From Eledone cirrhosa (lineage: Eukaryota), in the NCBI GenBank assembly GCA_964016885.1, contig OZ024748.1, positions 19,902,001 to 19,966,000 of the forward strand: a DNA stretch of 64,000 bases, in the 5' to 3' direction. The notes beneath the pieces are model-generated. The model saw only the letters and a program-made list of their open reading frames with translations, was not told where the DNA came from and searched no databases. Shown here piece by piece: positions 43,404-57,720 of the stretch. A program made the position numbers and the translations under genes. The number at the start of each line of letters is the position of its first letter. The first letter of the stretch is position 1.

Positions 43404-43550
43404 TGGAGGCACGTGGCTTAGTGGTAAGGGTGCTGGACTTATGATGGTAATGTTACACTTCATTTCACATTGCTCCAGTATACTCAGCTGAAAATGGGTA
43501 CCAGCAATAGCTGGGGGTTTGACCCTGCGATGGACTGGTATCTTGTCAAG

Positions 43551-43623
<73 letters not shown>

Positions 43624-44360
43624 AATATATATATATGTGGGAATGAAGTAATTCCGTTGGAAAAGTACAGGAAAAAAGAGTGCTCTATGTAGGTTACAGA
43701 GCTTATTACATAATTAATTAATAAATAAATAAATATATATATATATAGTTTAGGTTTTGTTTTTTGATTGATTAACAAGACTGATGAGTAGTTGGATGCC
43801 AGAGTTGGGTCTATAACAAAAATACGGACCTTCAGCCAATCATCTGTGGAACATTCATAACTAGTTTTAATCAATAAAATCATCCATGTGAAACTTAGTC
43901 ATGTGATTCTAAATATATATAGATAGATATATAATTGTTTGTACATTTGGCACAAGGCCAGCAATTACCCAGTACATTACTGGTACTTTATTTTATCGAC
44001 CCCGTAAGTATGAAAGGCAAAGATAACCTTGACGCGATTTGAACTCAGACCATAAAGGGACATAACTATGCTGGAAAGCATGGCGTCCGACCCTCCACCA
44101 ATCATTTTCCCCTGGGATGGACAAGTTGTTACAAACTAAATGAGCTCTTAATTGGAGCTATTGTCATCTTATTAAGGATGCTGGACAAAATTTCACTCAA
44201 ATATTTTCCATTTAGTCATGGTTGGTACAGCTAGATGCCCTTCCTAATACCAACTACATTTCATTTTATATATATGTATATTTCAACTGAATACACACAT
44301 GCTTTTTCTGTTCCTTCCTCTTCTTTATCTTCCTATTTTGTCTTTTATTTCTCATTCTAT

Positions 44361-44395
44361 CTCCTGATGAAGGACTAGTGTCCGAAATGTAAAAA
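44361..44395 (+). ncRNA. Degenerate minimal hammerhead motif (family F; related copy 18568-18600)
   Basis: CTGATGA-a-ggac tagt gtcc-GAA-ATGT-A; stem I not recoverable; downstream sequence shared with 18600-18690. Confidence 0.45.
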
Positions 44396-44479
44396 CTCTT
44401 TTCCTACTATATCAAGTGTTAAACTAACACATTTCTTTATTGTATTGTGTTGTTTTCTTTGCAGTTTCCGTATACCTTT

Positions 44480-44510
<31 letters not shown>

Positions 44511-44959
44511 TGATTGTGAAAAATATATTTCAGCTACTATGTGTATCTTACAAAGTGATAATCAGTTGTTGGATATTTACTAATTAAATGTATCCATCAA
44601 AGGGTTGGTATCCTGGTTGTTATAGTTGTATATATATGGAAATATGGAAATAGATATAAATATATACATATCATTATAAAAAAGTGAATGATATATATAT
44701 ATATACACACATAAGTGTATATTAAGATACATCAAACTTAAACTAGAGACAATCTGCACAGAATGTAAGATTACATAATTCGTTGAATATCATATTAAAA
44801 TTTAACAAAAAATTAAAACATAGATACCTGATGAAGATCAATATATCTCCCTCATATGTATTCACCACAAAATCTAAATTATCTAAATTTTGATGCCCCT
44901 CACTGATGATCCTAATCAAAATATCTAACTTCGCCGTTATTTGGTTAAATGTATTCTGA

Positions 44960-45680
44960 GAAATGCGTGGATCATGAGAGAAAAGCATGGATTAACACAG
45001 AAATGTGTGGATCAACAGAGAAAATAGTGGATCAACAGGGAATAGTGTGGATCAACAGAGAAATAAGTGGATCAACAGGGAAATGTGTGGATCAACATAG
45101 AAAAGCATGGTTAAACAGGTATAAATGTGGATCAACAAAGAAACACATGGCTTAACAGAGAAAAGCATGGATCAACACAGAAATGTGTGGATCAACAGAG
45201 AACAGAGTGGATCAACAGGGAAATGTGTGGATCAACATAAAAAAGCATGGATCAACAGGTATACATGCAGATCAACAGAGAAACACATGGATTAACAGAG
45301 AAAAGCATGGATCAATACAGAAAAGTGTGGATCAATAGAGAAACATATGGTTCAACAGAGAAAAGTGCAGATCAACAGGGAAATGTGTGGATCAACATAG
45401 AAAAGCATGGTTCAACAGGTATACATGCGGATCAACAGAGAAACACGTGGATCAACAGAGAAACACATGGATTAACAGAGAAAAGCATGGATGAATACAG
45501 AAAAGTGTGGATCAACAGAGAAAAGATTGGATCAACATGTTTACATGTGGATCAACAGAAAAAAGCATGGATTAATCGAGAGGAGCATGGATCAAAAGAG
45601 GAAAGCATTGATCAACACAGAAAAGCATGGATCAACAGAGAAAACTGTGGATCAACAGATGAAAGTGTTGATCAACAGGT
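44960..45680. repeat. 20-21 bp minisatellite (~35 units) starting at the WWOX stop codon
   Basis: Units such as GGATCAACAGAGAAAAGCAT and GGATCAACAGGGAAATGTGT. Confidence 0.92.
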
Positions 45681-45854
45681 AAATGAGCGATCATTGAGCA
45701 TCTTGAGACTAATTTCCCAGACACTCTTGTTAAATTTGGTATCAGCTGATTTCTCCGAAGGATGACACCTACAACAGTTGTTGAAGTACATTCCACCAAT
45801 TCCTTGTAGTTCTGGTGCCGCAGCACAATACAGAGTGGTGGCACAACCTTGTTG
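45672..45854 (-). CDS. WWOX: WWOX terminal coding exon (equivalent to human exon 9)
   Basis: QQGCATTLYCAAAPELQGIGGMYFNNCCRCHPS..VWEISLKMLNDRSFTC* after acceptor ttctcattgcag; phase-0 join TKSM|QQG as in vertebrate WWOX. Confidence 0.95.
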   Translation of the reverse strand, partial: QQGCATTLYCAAAPELQGIGGMYFNNCCRCHPSEKSADTKFNKSVWEISLKMLNDRSFTC

Positions 45855-46240
45855 CTGCAATGAGAAAGAAAAAAATTGTTTAAATGGTATCAAGTGGTTT
45901 GTTTTAAGAAGGGTGACCAGTTCTAGAAATCATGTGAAATATTGCAACATATGATAACTGTAGAAAGTGGATGTAAAATAATGATAATGATGATGATGAT
46001 TGTAACATTGATGATGATGATAATGATGGCAGTGGTGATGATGGTTATAGTGATGGTGGCGGTGATAGTAATGGTAGTTGTGATAATGATGATGGTGGTG
46101 GTGGTGATGATGAGGAGGAGGGTGGTGATGATGGTGATGTTTATAAGTAGGCAACATATTATTGACACAAGAGGGAGCTGATGGTTATATGATAGCAATG
46201 TGACACAAGGAAGGTGTGTAAAGATGAGATTGGGGCAGGT

Positions 46241-46280
<40 letters not shown>

Positions 46281-46373
46281 TGGAGAGAGGGATAGAGAGA
46301 GGGGGAGAGAGAGAGAGGGGGAGAGAGAGAGGGGGAGAGAGAGAGAGAGATAGAGAGAGGAGGATAGAGAGAG

Positions 46374-46410
<37 letters not shown>

Positions 46411-46774
46411 ACAGAGAAAAGGAGAGAGGAAAATTGACAGAAAGAGAAAGAAAGCAAATGCTGAAGAGGGAGAGAGAAAGGGGAAGCAAGAGATAGAAAG
46501 GGAAATGAGAGAGGAGAGAGGGGGGGTATTTGTTTTGTGAAATGGCAGGTGGGGTGAGTGAGGTTGAAGGTGTGTAGAGATAGGGTGAGTGGGTGAGAGG
46601 ATGAAAGAGAGAGAGAGAGGACGACAGAGGAAGAGAAAGAGAGAGAGAAATAGATGGAAAGGGAAAAAAAGAGATAGGAAGTGAGATGAGGGAGTGAGGT
46701 GGGGGAGTAAGAGCGAGAAAAAAGAGAGAAAGAGATAGAGACAGAGAGAGGATGTGATAAAGAGAGAAATAGAG

Positions 46775-47135
46775 AGAGAGATGTGTGAGAAACATAGATG
46801 AGAGAGATAGAGAGATGGGTGAGAGAGAAAGGTGAGAGAGAGAAAAAAAAGATAAAGCAAGAGTGAGAGAGAGAGAGGGAGAGAGAGAAATAGAGAGAGA
46901 AAGAGAGAGATGTGTGAGAAACATAGATGAGAGAGATAAAGAGATGGGTGAGAGAGAAAGGTGAGAGAGAGAAAAAAAAGATAAAGCAAGAGTGAGAGAG
47001 AGAGAGGGAGAGAGAGAAATAGAGAGAGAAAGAGAGAGATGTGTGAGAAACATAGATGAGAGAGATAAAGAGATGGGTGAGAGAGAAAGGTGAGAGAGAG
47101 AAAAAAAAGATAAAGCAAGAGTGAGAGAGAGAAAT
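46775..47135. repeat. 129 bp purine-rich tandem repeat, ~2.7 copies, within (GA)n
   Basis: atgtgtgagaaacatagatgag recurs at about 46781, 46909 and 47039. Confidence 0.8.
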
Positions 47136-47645
47136 AGAGAGAGAGAGAGAGGGGGAAAGAGAGAGGTATAGATAAAAAATTAATGGGTTGGTGGATTGAG
47201 GGGAAAGAAATGAAGACATGACAAGATCTGTCTTAATGAGGCAGATCAGTAGATGTTGAAACATGAGTGTGTGAGAGAGAGAGAGTGTGTGTGTGAGAGA
47301 GAGAGAGAATGTGTGAGAGAGAGAGAGAGTGTGTGTGTGAGAGAGAGAGAGAGTGTGTGTGTGAGAGAGAGAGTGTGTGAAAGAGAGTATGTGTGTGAGA
47401 GAGGGTATGTGTGTGAGAGAGAGAGAGGGTATGTGTGTGAGAGAGAGAGTGTGTGTGTGAGAGAGAGAGTATGTGTGTGAGAGAGAGAGAGAGAGAGTGT
47501 GTGTGTGAGAGAGAGAGAGAGTGTGTGTGTGAGAGAGAGTGTGTGTGTGAGAGAGAGAGAGTATGTGTGTGAGAGAGAGAGCGTATGTGTGTGTGAGAGA
47601 GAGAGAGAGTGTGTGTGTGAGAGAGAGAGTATGTGTGTGAGAGAG

Positions 47646-47676
<31 letters not shown>

Positions 47677-48624
47677 TTGTGTGTGAGAGAGAGAGAGAGT
47701 ATGTGTGAGAGAGAGTGTGTGTGTGAGAGAGAGTATGTGTGTGAGAGAGTATGTGTGTAAGAGAGTATGTGTGTGAGAGAGAGAGTATGTGTGTAAGAGA
47801 GTATGTGTGTGTGTAAGAGAGTATGTGTGTGTGAGAGAGAGTATGTGTGTGTGAGAGAGAGTATGTGTGTGTGAGAGAGAGAGAGAGTATGTGTGTGAGA
47901 GAGAGAGTATATGTGAGAGAGAGAGAGAGTATGTGTGTGAGAGAGAGAGAGAGAGAAAGAGAGGGGGTGTCAGTAAGTAAGAGAGAGTGTATGTGAATGA
48001 GTGTTAGTGAGAGAGAGAGTGTGTGTATGTGTGTTAGAGAGAGAGAGAGAAAGAGTGTATGTGTATGTGTTAGTGAGAGTGAGAGTGTGTGTGTATGTGT
48101 TAGTGAGAGAGAGAGTGTGTGTGTGTATGTGTTAGTGAGAGAGAGAGTGTGTGTGTGTATGTGTTAGTGAGAGAGAGAGTGTATGTGTAAGTGAGTGAGT
48201 GAGAGTGTGTGAGTATGGGTGTTAGTGAGAGAGAGAGAGTGTGTATGTGTGTGTGTAAGGGAGAGGTGGAGACAGTGTGTTTGGGCAGTGAGAGAGGGGG
48301 AGTGTGTGTGTGTCAATGAGAGAGAGAGTGTGTGTGTGTGTGTCAGTGAGAGAGAGGGAGTGTGTGTGTGTGTCAATGAGAGAGAGAGAGTGTGTGTGTG
48401 TCAGTGAGAGAGAGAAAGAGAGTGTGTCAATGCGAGAGAGAGAGAGAGAGAAAGAGAGAGAGTGTGTGTGTGTGTGTGTGTGTGTCAGTGTGAGAGAGAA
48501 AGAGAGAACGTGTCAGTGAGAGAGAGAAAGAGAGTGTGTCAATGCGAGAGAGAGAGAGAGAGAGTGTGTGTATGTGTGTGTGTAAGGGAGAGGTGGAGAC
48601 AGTGTGTTTGGCAGGAGAGAGGGG

Positions 48625-48685
<61 letters not shown>

Positions 48686-49077
48686 AATGAGAGAGAGTGT
48701 GTTTGTCAGTGAGAGAGAGAAAGAGAGAACGTGTCAGTGAGAGAGAGAAAGAGAGTGTGTCAATGCGAGAGAGAGAGAGAGAGAGTGTGTGTGTGTGTGT
48801 GTGTGTGTCAGTGAGAGAGAGAGAAAGAGAGATGACAGTTGAAATGATAATCTCCTCAGCAATAAAGATGATGACAGATAAGGAAAATGTCTGAGATTTG
48901 GAACAATCTCTTAAAACTTGGCCTTTTTGGGAATTCTGATTCTTCTTTACAGATTCTTTTAATACCAACAGAATAGAAACAACACTAGTTTCACATATTG
49001 GCACCTACCTACAGAATAAAAATTACACCAGTTTTAAATCTTGGTACCTGCCTTCAGAAAAATTACACCAGTTTTAA

Positions 49078-49733
49078 CCCTTTAGCATTCATATTACTCT
49101 ATATATACTATTATATTTTCATGGTAAAGGCTTTATCTCACATAATTATCTCACATAACATTTACATTACTCTATATATACTATTATATTTTCATGGTAA
49201 AGGCTTTATCTCACATAATTATCTCACATAACATTTACATTACTCTATATATACTATTGTATTTTCATGGTAAAGGCTTTATCTCACATAATTATCTCAC
49301 ATAACATTTACATTACTCTATATATACTATTATATTTTCATGGTAAAGGCTTTATCTCACATAATTATCTCACATAACATTTACATTACTCTATATATAC
49401 TATTGTATTTTCATGGTAAAGGCTTTATCTCACATAATTATCTCACATAACATTTACATTACTCTATATATACTATTGTATTTTCATGGTAAAGGCTTTA
49501 TCTCACTTAATTATCTCACATAACATTTACATTACTCTATATATACTATTGTATTTTCATGGTAAAGGCTTTATCACATAATTATCTCACATAATATCGA
49601 ATCTATGAGATTTTGATGTTATTCATTTTGTGAACAATACCTTAACATCAGTTTGAGTGACCAGTTACAGCCAGTTTCAACAGAAAGAGGTAGAGAATTC
49701 TGGCCGGTTTTGGCCAGTTCGAACATTAAAGGG
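49078..49733. mobile_element. piggyBac-type MITE with internal 73 bp x ~7 expansion
   Basis: TTAA|CCCTTTAGCATT...TAAAGGG|TTAA; internal tandem 49090-49595. Confidence 0.78.
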
Positions 49734-50003
49734 TTAAACCTTGGTACCTACTGACAGAGTAGAAACTGTTACACCAGTTTCAAATATTGGTACCTACTTA
49801 CAGAATAGAAACATTTGTTTTAGATATTGGTACATACAGACAGAGAAATTACACCAGTTTTAGATATTAGTACCTACCCACTAAGAAACTATACCTGATT
49901 CAAATACTGGTTTTTCGTAGCTATCATCTTCCACACTATAACATAACCCTACACAGGCCTATTTCTGTGTATGTAAGACTGTATGTGTAGGTGTGTGTGA
50001 TAG

Positions 50004-50037
<34 letters not shown>

Positions 50038-50085
50038 AAGGGATATATATATATGTATATATATATAGAGAGAGAGAGAGAAGAG

Positions 50086-50119
<34 letters not shown>

Positions 50120-51627
50120 GGGTTATATATATATAGAGAGAGAGAGACAGAGAGACAGAGATCTACCAGTATCCAGTATGTAACAATATGTTGTCAATAA
50201 ATGTTGGTAAAACAACCAAAACATCCAACATCTTGTGTGGTATATTGCAGTTATATTACACTGTTAAAGTCTTTGATTACCAAACATACCACATTCTGTA
50301 AATTCCCATATTTGAATAAGAAAATAAAGGAAAACTTTAAAATATTGTTATGTCCAGGCCCTCTCCTTATTGTCCCAGTTTTGAAGTAAATTTCAAAAAA
50401 TGGAAATTGGGTTTGGTTACATCAAATGCTTTTACTTTTTGAACCCTTTTGTTACCACATTTCTAATGAAAGTCACTGCCTATAATTTTCAAATGATTTT
50501 GAAAAATAATCAACACTTGGAAATGATTTAATGCTATAACTAACTTTCTCATGATTAAGCTGTTGTTTTGAACTAAACATAAAGGTTCATACAACAAAAA
50601 AAATTATGCTGGAAGGTTTTTAAATAAATATAAAGACTTTAATCCTTTCATTACCATATTTCAAATGAAAGACACTGCCTAAGCATTTAAACTGGCTGTA
50701 TCCGGCCAGAATTCTCTCACCTTTTTTTGTTCAAACCAGGCATAACCAGCTGCTCATACTTATGTTAAGGTATTGTTCTCAAATTAAATAATATCAAAAT
50801 CTCATACATTTGATATTATGTGAGATAATTATGTGAAATAAAATGTTTATCGTGAAAATACAATAGTAAATATACATCATCATCATCATCATCGTTTAAC
50901 GTCCATGTTCCACGCTTGCATGGGTTTGGACGGGAGTTTTCCCACTTGAAGCAAGAGTGGTTGTCTTGCTCGCATAGGACTGTCTGGCGGGTTTTCTACA
51001 GCTGGATGCCCTTCCTAACACCAACCATATTTACAGTGTGGGGCTGGGAGGTTTTTACCGTGTTGCCTACACGGCCACATTACAGCGTGGACAGTAATGT
51101 AAATGCTAAAGGGTTAAATCGTTTTGAAAATAATCAAGAATTTTGAGAGATTTATTAATATAACTAACTTTCGCATTATTGTGTTGGTGTTTGGAACATA
51201 AAGAAATTATTTACATAAAATTATGATGGAAGGTTTTTAAACAAATATAAACAGCATTGTATTGTAGAACCAGGGAGGTTTCAGGTGGTTTGATATCAAA
51301 CCCTGGCTGAAAACAGCTCTGGTTAAATAAAACAAAACTGCCCGTTTTCAAAAGTTCCTATTTAAATAAAATAGCTTCCAACATAATTTTATGTAAGAAC
51401 CATTTGTTACAAATTTTATTTTAATGCTGAAATAATTGATAAATTTAGTAAATAACACCAAATTCTTTGCAACTAACAATCATATCTGGTGGCCATATTG
51501 CTATCTGCCACCTGCCACAGGTTTTCTAGCAGAACAGCTCAGCTGAAATTGGAGATGGTAGTTTCTGGCAGGACCTGTTGGAAAGAGTATTTGAGGACTC
51601 TTCCCCTGAGACCCTCTCAGGAATAAC

Positions 51628-51679
<52 letters not shown>

Positions 51680-52573
51680 CTTTCTCATATAGGCACAAGG
51701 CCAGCAATTGGGGGGGGGGGAGTCGATTAAATCGATCCCAGTGCATGACTGGTACTTTATTTTATCGATCCCGTAAGGATGAAAGGTAAAGTTAACCTCG
51801 GCGGGATTTGAACTCAGATCATAATAATAGTTTCTTATATAGGCACAAGGCCAGCAATTTTTTGGGAGGAGGGGAAAGTCAGTCGAGTAAATCAACCCCA
51901 GTGCGTGACTGGTACTTCATTTTATCGACCCCGTAAGGATGAAAGGCAAAGTTAACCCCGGCGGGATTTGAACTCAGATCATAAAGGGCGGTAACTCTAT
52001 GCTGCAAAGTATGGCGTCCGATGCTCTACCGATTCTGCCAATCCACCGCCCTACTCAGATCATAATAATCATAAGAAGAATAAAAAACAGAAGGTCCATG
52101 GTGGAGGAGGAGGAGGAGACCTCCAAATTCTTTATCAACTAATTGAGATATGGTGTATGTCATTAGAAATGCAGTCATGAAATGGTTAGAGTATTAAGGC
52201 CCAGCTCTCTTCTTATTACACCAGTCTTAAAGTACATTTAAAAAAAAAAATTGAAATAGGGGTCAGGTTACAACTAATGCATTTAAATTTTTAATTATTT
52301 CAAATCCCTTAAACAGCAATTTATCTTACATATTTATATTTTAATTTTATTACTGTTAAAATATTTTCTGTCTGATCATAAGACTTTTATATATATATAT
52401 AATTGGTTTTTGAATTTGTTTTGCAAGATTTCTTATTTGAAAACGTGTGTTGAAACATATTGTTATACTTTGGGAGGGTCATGCTGCCAATAAAAACACA
52501 CACACCTGTTAGTTTTCACTTCAATTTATTATAAGTTTCTGGTTGGTTGGTTGGTTGGTTGGTTCAATAACCA

Positions 52574-52766
52574 GAAGGTTGTTTATATATTGTCAAAGCT
52601 CTTTCGTCACACATTCTGCGACCTCCTCAGTGACTTGGTTTTTATTTTGTGTCAAAAAAAGATGGTGTAGGACAAAAAAAAGGAAAGACACAAAATAAAA
52701 GCCTTGTCACTGATGAGGTCACAGAATGTGTGATAAAAGAGCTTTGACAATATATAAACAACCTTC
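52574..52766. repeat. Inverted repeat with an HHR motif in each arm, in WWOX last intron
   Basis: ~80 bp arms; minus 52592-52634 gtca-CTGAGGA-g-gtcgc..gtgac-GAA-AGAGCT-T-tgac; plus copy 52704-52750 has GAAA changed to AAAA. Confidence 0.75.
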
Positions 52767-53259
52767 CAGCTGTTATATACATATGGCTCAGTGGTTAAAG
52801 TGTTGGGCTCACAATCATGAGGTTGTGAGTTTGATTTCTGGATCAGGCAGTGCATTGTGTCCTTGAGCAAGACACTTTATTTCATGTTGTTCTAGTTCAT
52901 TCAATGTAGAAATGTGTTGTCATGATCTTTGGACATCAGTAGTATGCATGTGTGATTGCTGGTCTTCCACAAAACCAACCACCTTGCTTCAGAGCAGAAC
53001 TTTCTAGGTGCAAAGCCCATGGTCATTTTTTATTGAAGGAGGTTTTATATATATAAACGTTTGGAGTTAGAAGGCCAGAACAATGCAGGTATGGCTATAG
53101 GATATAAATACAAGTGCAAAAGATATTGCTGACAATTAGTCTTTTACCTTAAATTTATTTGAATATCCTTAATTTTTTAGATAATATCACTTCTTCGGAG
53201 GGAAGTAAAGAGGTTAATCCAGTGTTCTAATTAGCTTGCCAAATCATGCTGACAGGAAA

Positions 53260-53376
<117 letters not shown>

Positions 53377-53737
53377 AATATATACAAATATAATGATAAA
53401 TATATACAAATATATAAAAATATATACAAATATATATATACAAATATATGTGGAGGCACATGGCTTAGTGGTTAGAGCATTGGCCTTGCAATCGAAAGGT
53501 TGTGAGTTCAATTCTCAGACCGGGTGATGTGTTGTTTCCTTGAGCAAGACACTTTATTTCACATTGCTCCAGTTTACTCAGCTGTAGAAATGAGATAGGG
53601 ATTGGGGTCCCTATCATTCCACTGTAAATGAGGTTGGTGTTAGGAAGGGCATCCAGCTGTAGAAATCAAGCCAGAATCTGTTCCCGTCCCACCCTTGCAA
53701 GCAGGAAAAAGTGGACGTAAAATGAAATGATGAATGA

Positions 53738-53772
<35 letters not shown>

Positions 53773-54454
53773 AATATATAAAACTATGGACTAAGTAGCT
53801 TCCCCAACCCACAAATGGCCATGCGTGTTGAGGATGGCTACACCCCTGACATGACAAAAACCAAATAGAAAGTGCTGAAGGTCAATCAGGTAGGAATTCC
53901 TGAAAAGGCTCTGGATTAGATTTGATTTGATTGGATTGGATTAGATATATAATGGACCTCATACATTTTCCAACTACCAAATTTCACTCACAGAGCCTTA
54001 GTTCACTTGAGGATATAGTAGATAGTATGCAGTGGAAATGAAACCCCAAACCACATGTTTGCAAAGTTACCTCCTTAGCCATGACTAGAGCTATATTTAT
54101 TTCAAAAAATTTATTAAAATATTTTCAATGGGTAATCATATAATTTTGAATGTATTACTTGCTAATTCCAATAAAGTGATTGATTTTATGATTAAATATA
54201 TATCCCTAATAGGGTTCATAATTAATGCTAATTAACATTTGATATTAATCTCAATTATAGCTAATTATAATAAACATGTCAAAGAATTTTATATTTTATT
54301 TTACATTTTATTACATATCACAGTCTTTAACACTTAGTAGAGTTAAATTAATTAAAAGAAGCCCTTAAGTGTATTTCCTGCAATATGGCAAGGGTTATTT
54401 AATCTGGCTGCTACACTAACATACATTTGTATGTATATATATATATACATGTAT

Positions 54455-55025
54455 CCCAGTACAACCTGTCTCATGGTCGGGTCGTTGGCGACTAAACTGG
54501 CAACCCCACCAAGGTTTCTTGGTGAGGAGGGTGACTTTGGACATCCTGCAGGACTAAAAACAAAACCTGTCAAAGGGCAAAGGAGCTCTTAAGAGTCAAT
54601 GGCCATCCAAAATCACCGGGAGAGATGACCCCTTAGCCTTTGTCAAGGCAGAATTCTAGGAGAAGGAAAACTCTGATATAACACCTGCAGCCCTGATGGT
54701 ATCCAATGATGTTGACTTGTTCTTCTTTTTTGGTAAATATCATCTTGGTTAAGAGAGTGGGACTGGCTTTGTGCAGTGCCTTTGCTCACTATAAAAGCTT
54801 CACGGCACAGGCATTGCTTTATATCTGGAGATCTCTCTGCACTTGTCGTCACATGGTACCATGGGCTCAGCACTATGTGTCAATAATTGTCACAAGTGTA
54901 GTGTTTGTACCAGAGTTTTCAAGTCGCTGGCTGGACTAAAAAGTCACACTTGTTCAGCGCATCAGTAGGAGTTCTTCTACATGGATATAAAGTAGTGGCC
55001 GTACTCGAAAACGAGTTGTCAGCCA
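54455..55025 (+). mobile_element. Probable RTE-type 5' UTR fragment
   Basis: GC-richer block with ctaggagaaggaaaactctgat motif recalled from RTE 5' regions; no ORF support. Confidence 0.35.
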
Positions 55026-55249
55026 CCATATATATATATATGTATATAGACAATTATTAAATATATAAATAAATAAATAAATAAATAAATGCCATTGTTA
55101 ATTAATAAATAAATTAACTAATACCTTAACACTTCACACAAAGTAAAATATTTTGTTTTAAACATTTTCTAACCCAGAAAAAAGAGAAAAAAATATAAGG
55201 GAAATAAAAAATTTTTCTTCCTAATAATTGTCTTTTACTCTCTATTTTC

Positions 55250-55284
<35 letters not shown>

Positions 55285-55447
55285 AGCATGTGCGCATGTG
55301 TGTTTGTGCATATGCATGCGTGTGTGTAAGTATATGTATGTGTCTGCATGTGTGTATATCATAAACCAGGTTTGTCCCAGTTTTTAGAATATGTACTCCA
55401 TATATATATATATATATATATATACATGAATATATATATATATGTAT

Positions 55448-55477
<30 letters not shown>

Positions 55478-55481
<4 letters not shown>

Positions 55482-55705
55482 TCATCATCATCATCATCAT
55501 CAACGTTTAACGTCCGTGTTCCACGCTTGCATGGGTTTGGACGGGGGTAGTCCCACTTGAGGCAAGAGTGATTGTCTTGCTCGCATAGGACTGTCTGGCA
55601 GGTTTTCTACAGTTGGATGCCCTTCCTAACACCAACCACATTTACAGTGTGGGTCTGGGAGGTTTTTACCGTGTTGCCTACACGGCCACATTACAGCGTG
55701 GACTG
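55478..55705 (-). mobile_element. SINE 3' part with (GAT)n tail; near-identical copies 61508-61730 and 50875-51092
   Basis: (cat)n-cgtttaacgtcc..gatgcccttcctaacaccaacc..cagcgtggac. Confidence 0.8.
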
Positions 55706-55736
<31 letters not shown>

Positions 55737-57514
55737 ATATATATATATATGTGTGTGTGTGTATATACATGTATGAATATAGAATTTCAATTTTAACACA
55801 ATTCAGTACATAGTGCAATCAAAATATATATGTATACAACCAGGTTGTAACAGAGAAAAGGGTACCCAGACATAATGATCATTTTAAGGTTAAATCTATT
55901 CAGTTTTCCTCTTTTATAGTCTCTTCTTGTTTCTATCACTCTCATTCTTTTGTCTCTTCTTCCTCTCTAACCATTGTCCCTATCCTTCAGTGTTTTATCT
56001 CTCCACCTCAGTAGGCTTCAAACATCATTTCTTTAGCTCCATAACCTATACACATTCTTCTGACAAAATATGACAACATCTTACCAGGAGTTAACATGTT
56101 GCAAATTGTCTATTTATTTCTAGAAGTTAAAGGCTGAAACACTTGCTTGGGTAGGGTTTTTTTCTCTGAAGACCTTCTGCTGTCGGGCTTTGCTGAGAGT
56201 ATATAGTCATAATTTGTTCCTATATATCTCTGTTTTTGCAAGAATACATCAGTAAATTTTCCTATCTATTCTTTGTTATTTAATCATCTCACTATGCACT
56301 TTCTCTCTCAGAAGTCTCAGACCCCAAACAATCTTCTCTATCACCACAACAGTCTTGATGGCCCTGAAGAGGACCATGGGCATTGCCCTTCTGTTTCTTT
56401 CTCTCTTCCTCCCTCTCTTTCTGCATTCTCTCTCTCTCTCCCTCCCTCCCTTTCTGCCTTCTCTCTCTCTCTCCCTCCCTCCCTTTCTGCCTTCTCTCTC
56501 TCTCTCTCAGAAGTCTCAGACCCATGAAAAGGATTACTAACATTGCCCTTCCTCTTTTCATTGAACCATTAAAAAGACCCTTTGCACTGAAAATGTTCTT
56601 AACCTCTCCAAGCAGATCTCAATCACATTCTCCTCAGAATCTGAGAGTAACTGGAAAGGTCCTAGGTGCTTCCTTAGAATATTCTAAGCAGCCAGAAACC
56701 CTCATCGAAATCTGAAGTGAATGTCAGCTTGAACTTCCATGAAGTTGTATGTTTTGTTTCTAAACTGAAGTGTTTACAATAAAGTTGACAGTCAACACAT
56801 TCTTCAATATATTGACACAGGTTTGTTTAACTTAAAGATGACAACAAGCACCCATCAAGGACATTCCAAAAGGTTATGTGTATTTCCATATTTTAGAAGT
56901 GTTTAGGTCAAAGGCGACACCTAAAATTCACCTTAAATGTCATTGAAAATTCCTTTTACTAATGTTTAACCTTATAATCAATATTCAATATATATTGATA
57001 TCAGTAATCAATTCACATGGAAACTTACCAAAGAAATGTCTTTACAATCATAATCATCATCATCGTCATCATCACCACCACCACCACCACCACCACCATC
57101 ATTTTACGCCTGCTTTTTCCAGTTTGCAAGGGTGGGACATCAATAACTAGTTAAATATTTAACCCTACAATCAATATTTAACTCACATTGTGATGATGAT
57201 GATTGATATCAATACTTACTATATATGGAGATTTCTCTGTCCAGTTATAGACAAACCATTATAGATAACCCAATACTGACACAATTTCAAAAATATTTTA
57301 AATAAGAAAAAAATTATATCTTCAAGAATATTCTAGAAGAATGGTTCTCAATCTTTTAATTTCAAAGGGACCCTTTTTATTTAGATGCATTTTCCTCTTA
57401 GACCTCCCCCACAGAAAACATGAAGTTTTTTCTTACACAATTTGATTTTTAGCTTTAAATCTTATCTGAAGTTGCTACATTGTTTGGGTTATAAGTGGAA
57501 GAAGACTGAATCTT

Positions 57515-57720
57515 TTTCTCTTTCTTCTTCTTCACCCACATATTACTGGGAGGGTCGTGGGGAAGGGGACAGTGTCCACCAGGTCCTGTCAGAAGCAATC
57601 ATCACCAATTTATTCAGCTGGATCTCCAAGCTAGACCAGCTGAACTCATGGATGTTATCAAACTATCTTGCTCAGCATCTACCTCTGGATCTCCTGCCAG
57701 TTCATTTTGCCAAAGACTGC
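57515..57720 (-). mobile_element. Decayed 3' end of RTE-type LINE with (GAA)n tail
   Basis: Minus frame TGRRSRGR..DNIHEFSWSSLEI..ASDRTWW with stops. Confidence 0.55.

Noticed and set aside
43770-44910. Isolated CTGATGA at 43781, 44828 and 44903 as hammerheads
   Set aside because: No correctly placed GAAA/stem III/NUH with pairing helices.
44960-45680. CRISPR-like appearance of the GATCAAC array
   Set aside because: Units are 20-21 bp with related, not unique, linkers; eukaryotic context and no cas genes.
45247-45765. 172 aa plus-strand ORF with 7-residue periodicity
   Set aside because: By-product of the 21 bp minisatellite, antisense to WWOX.
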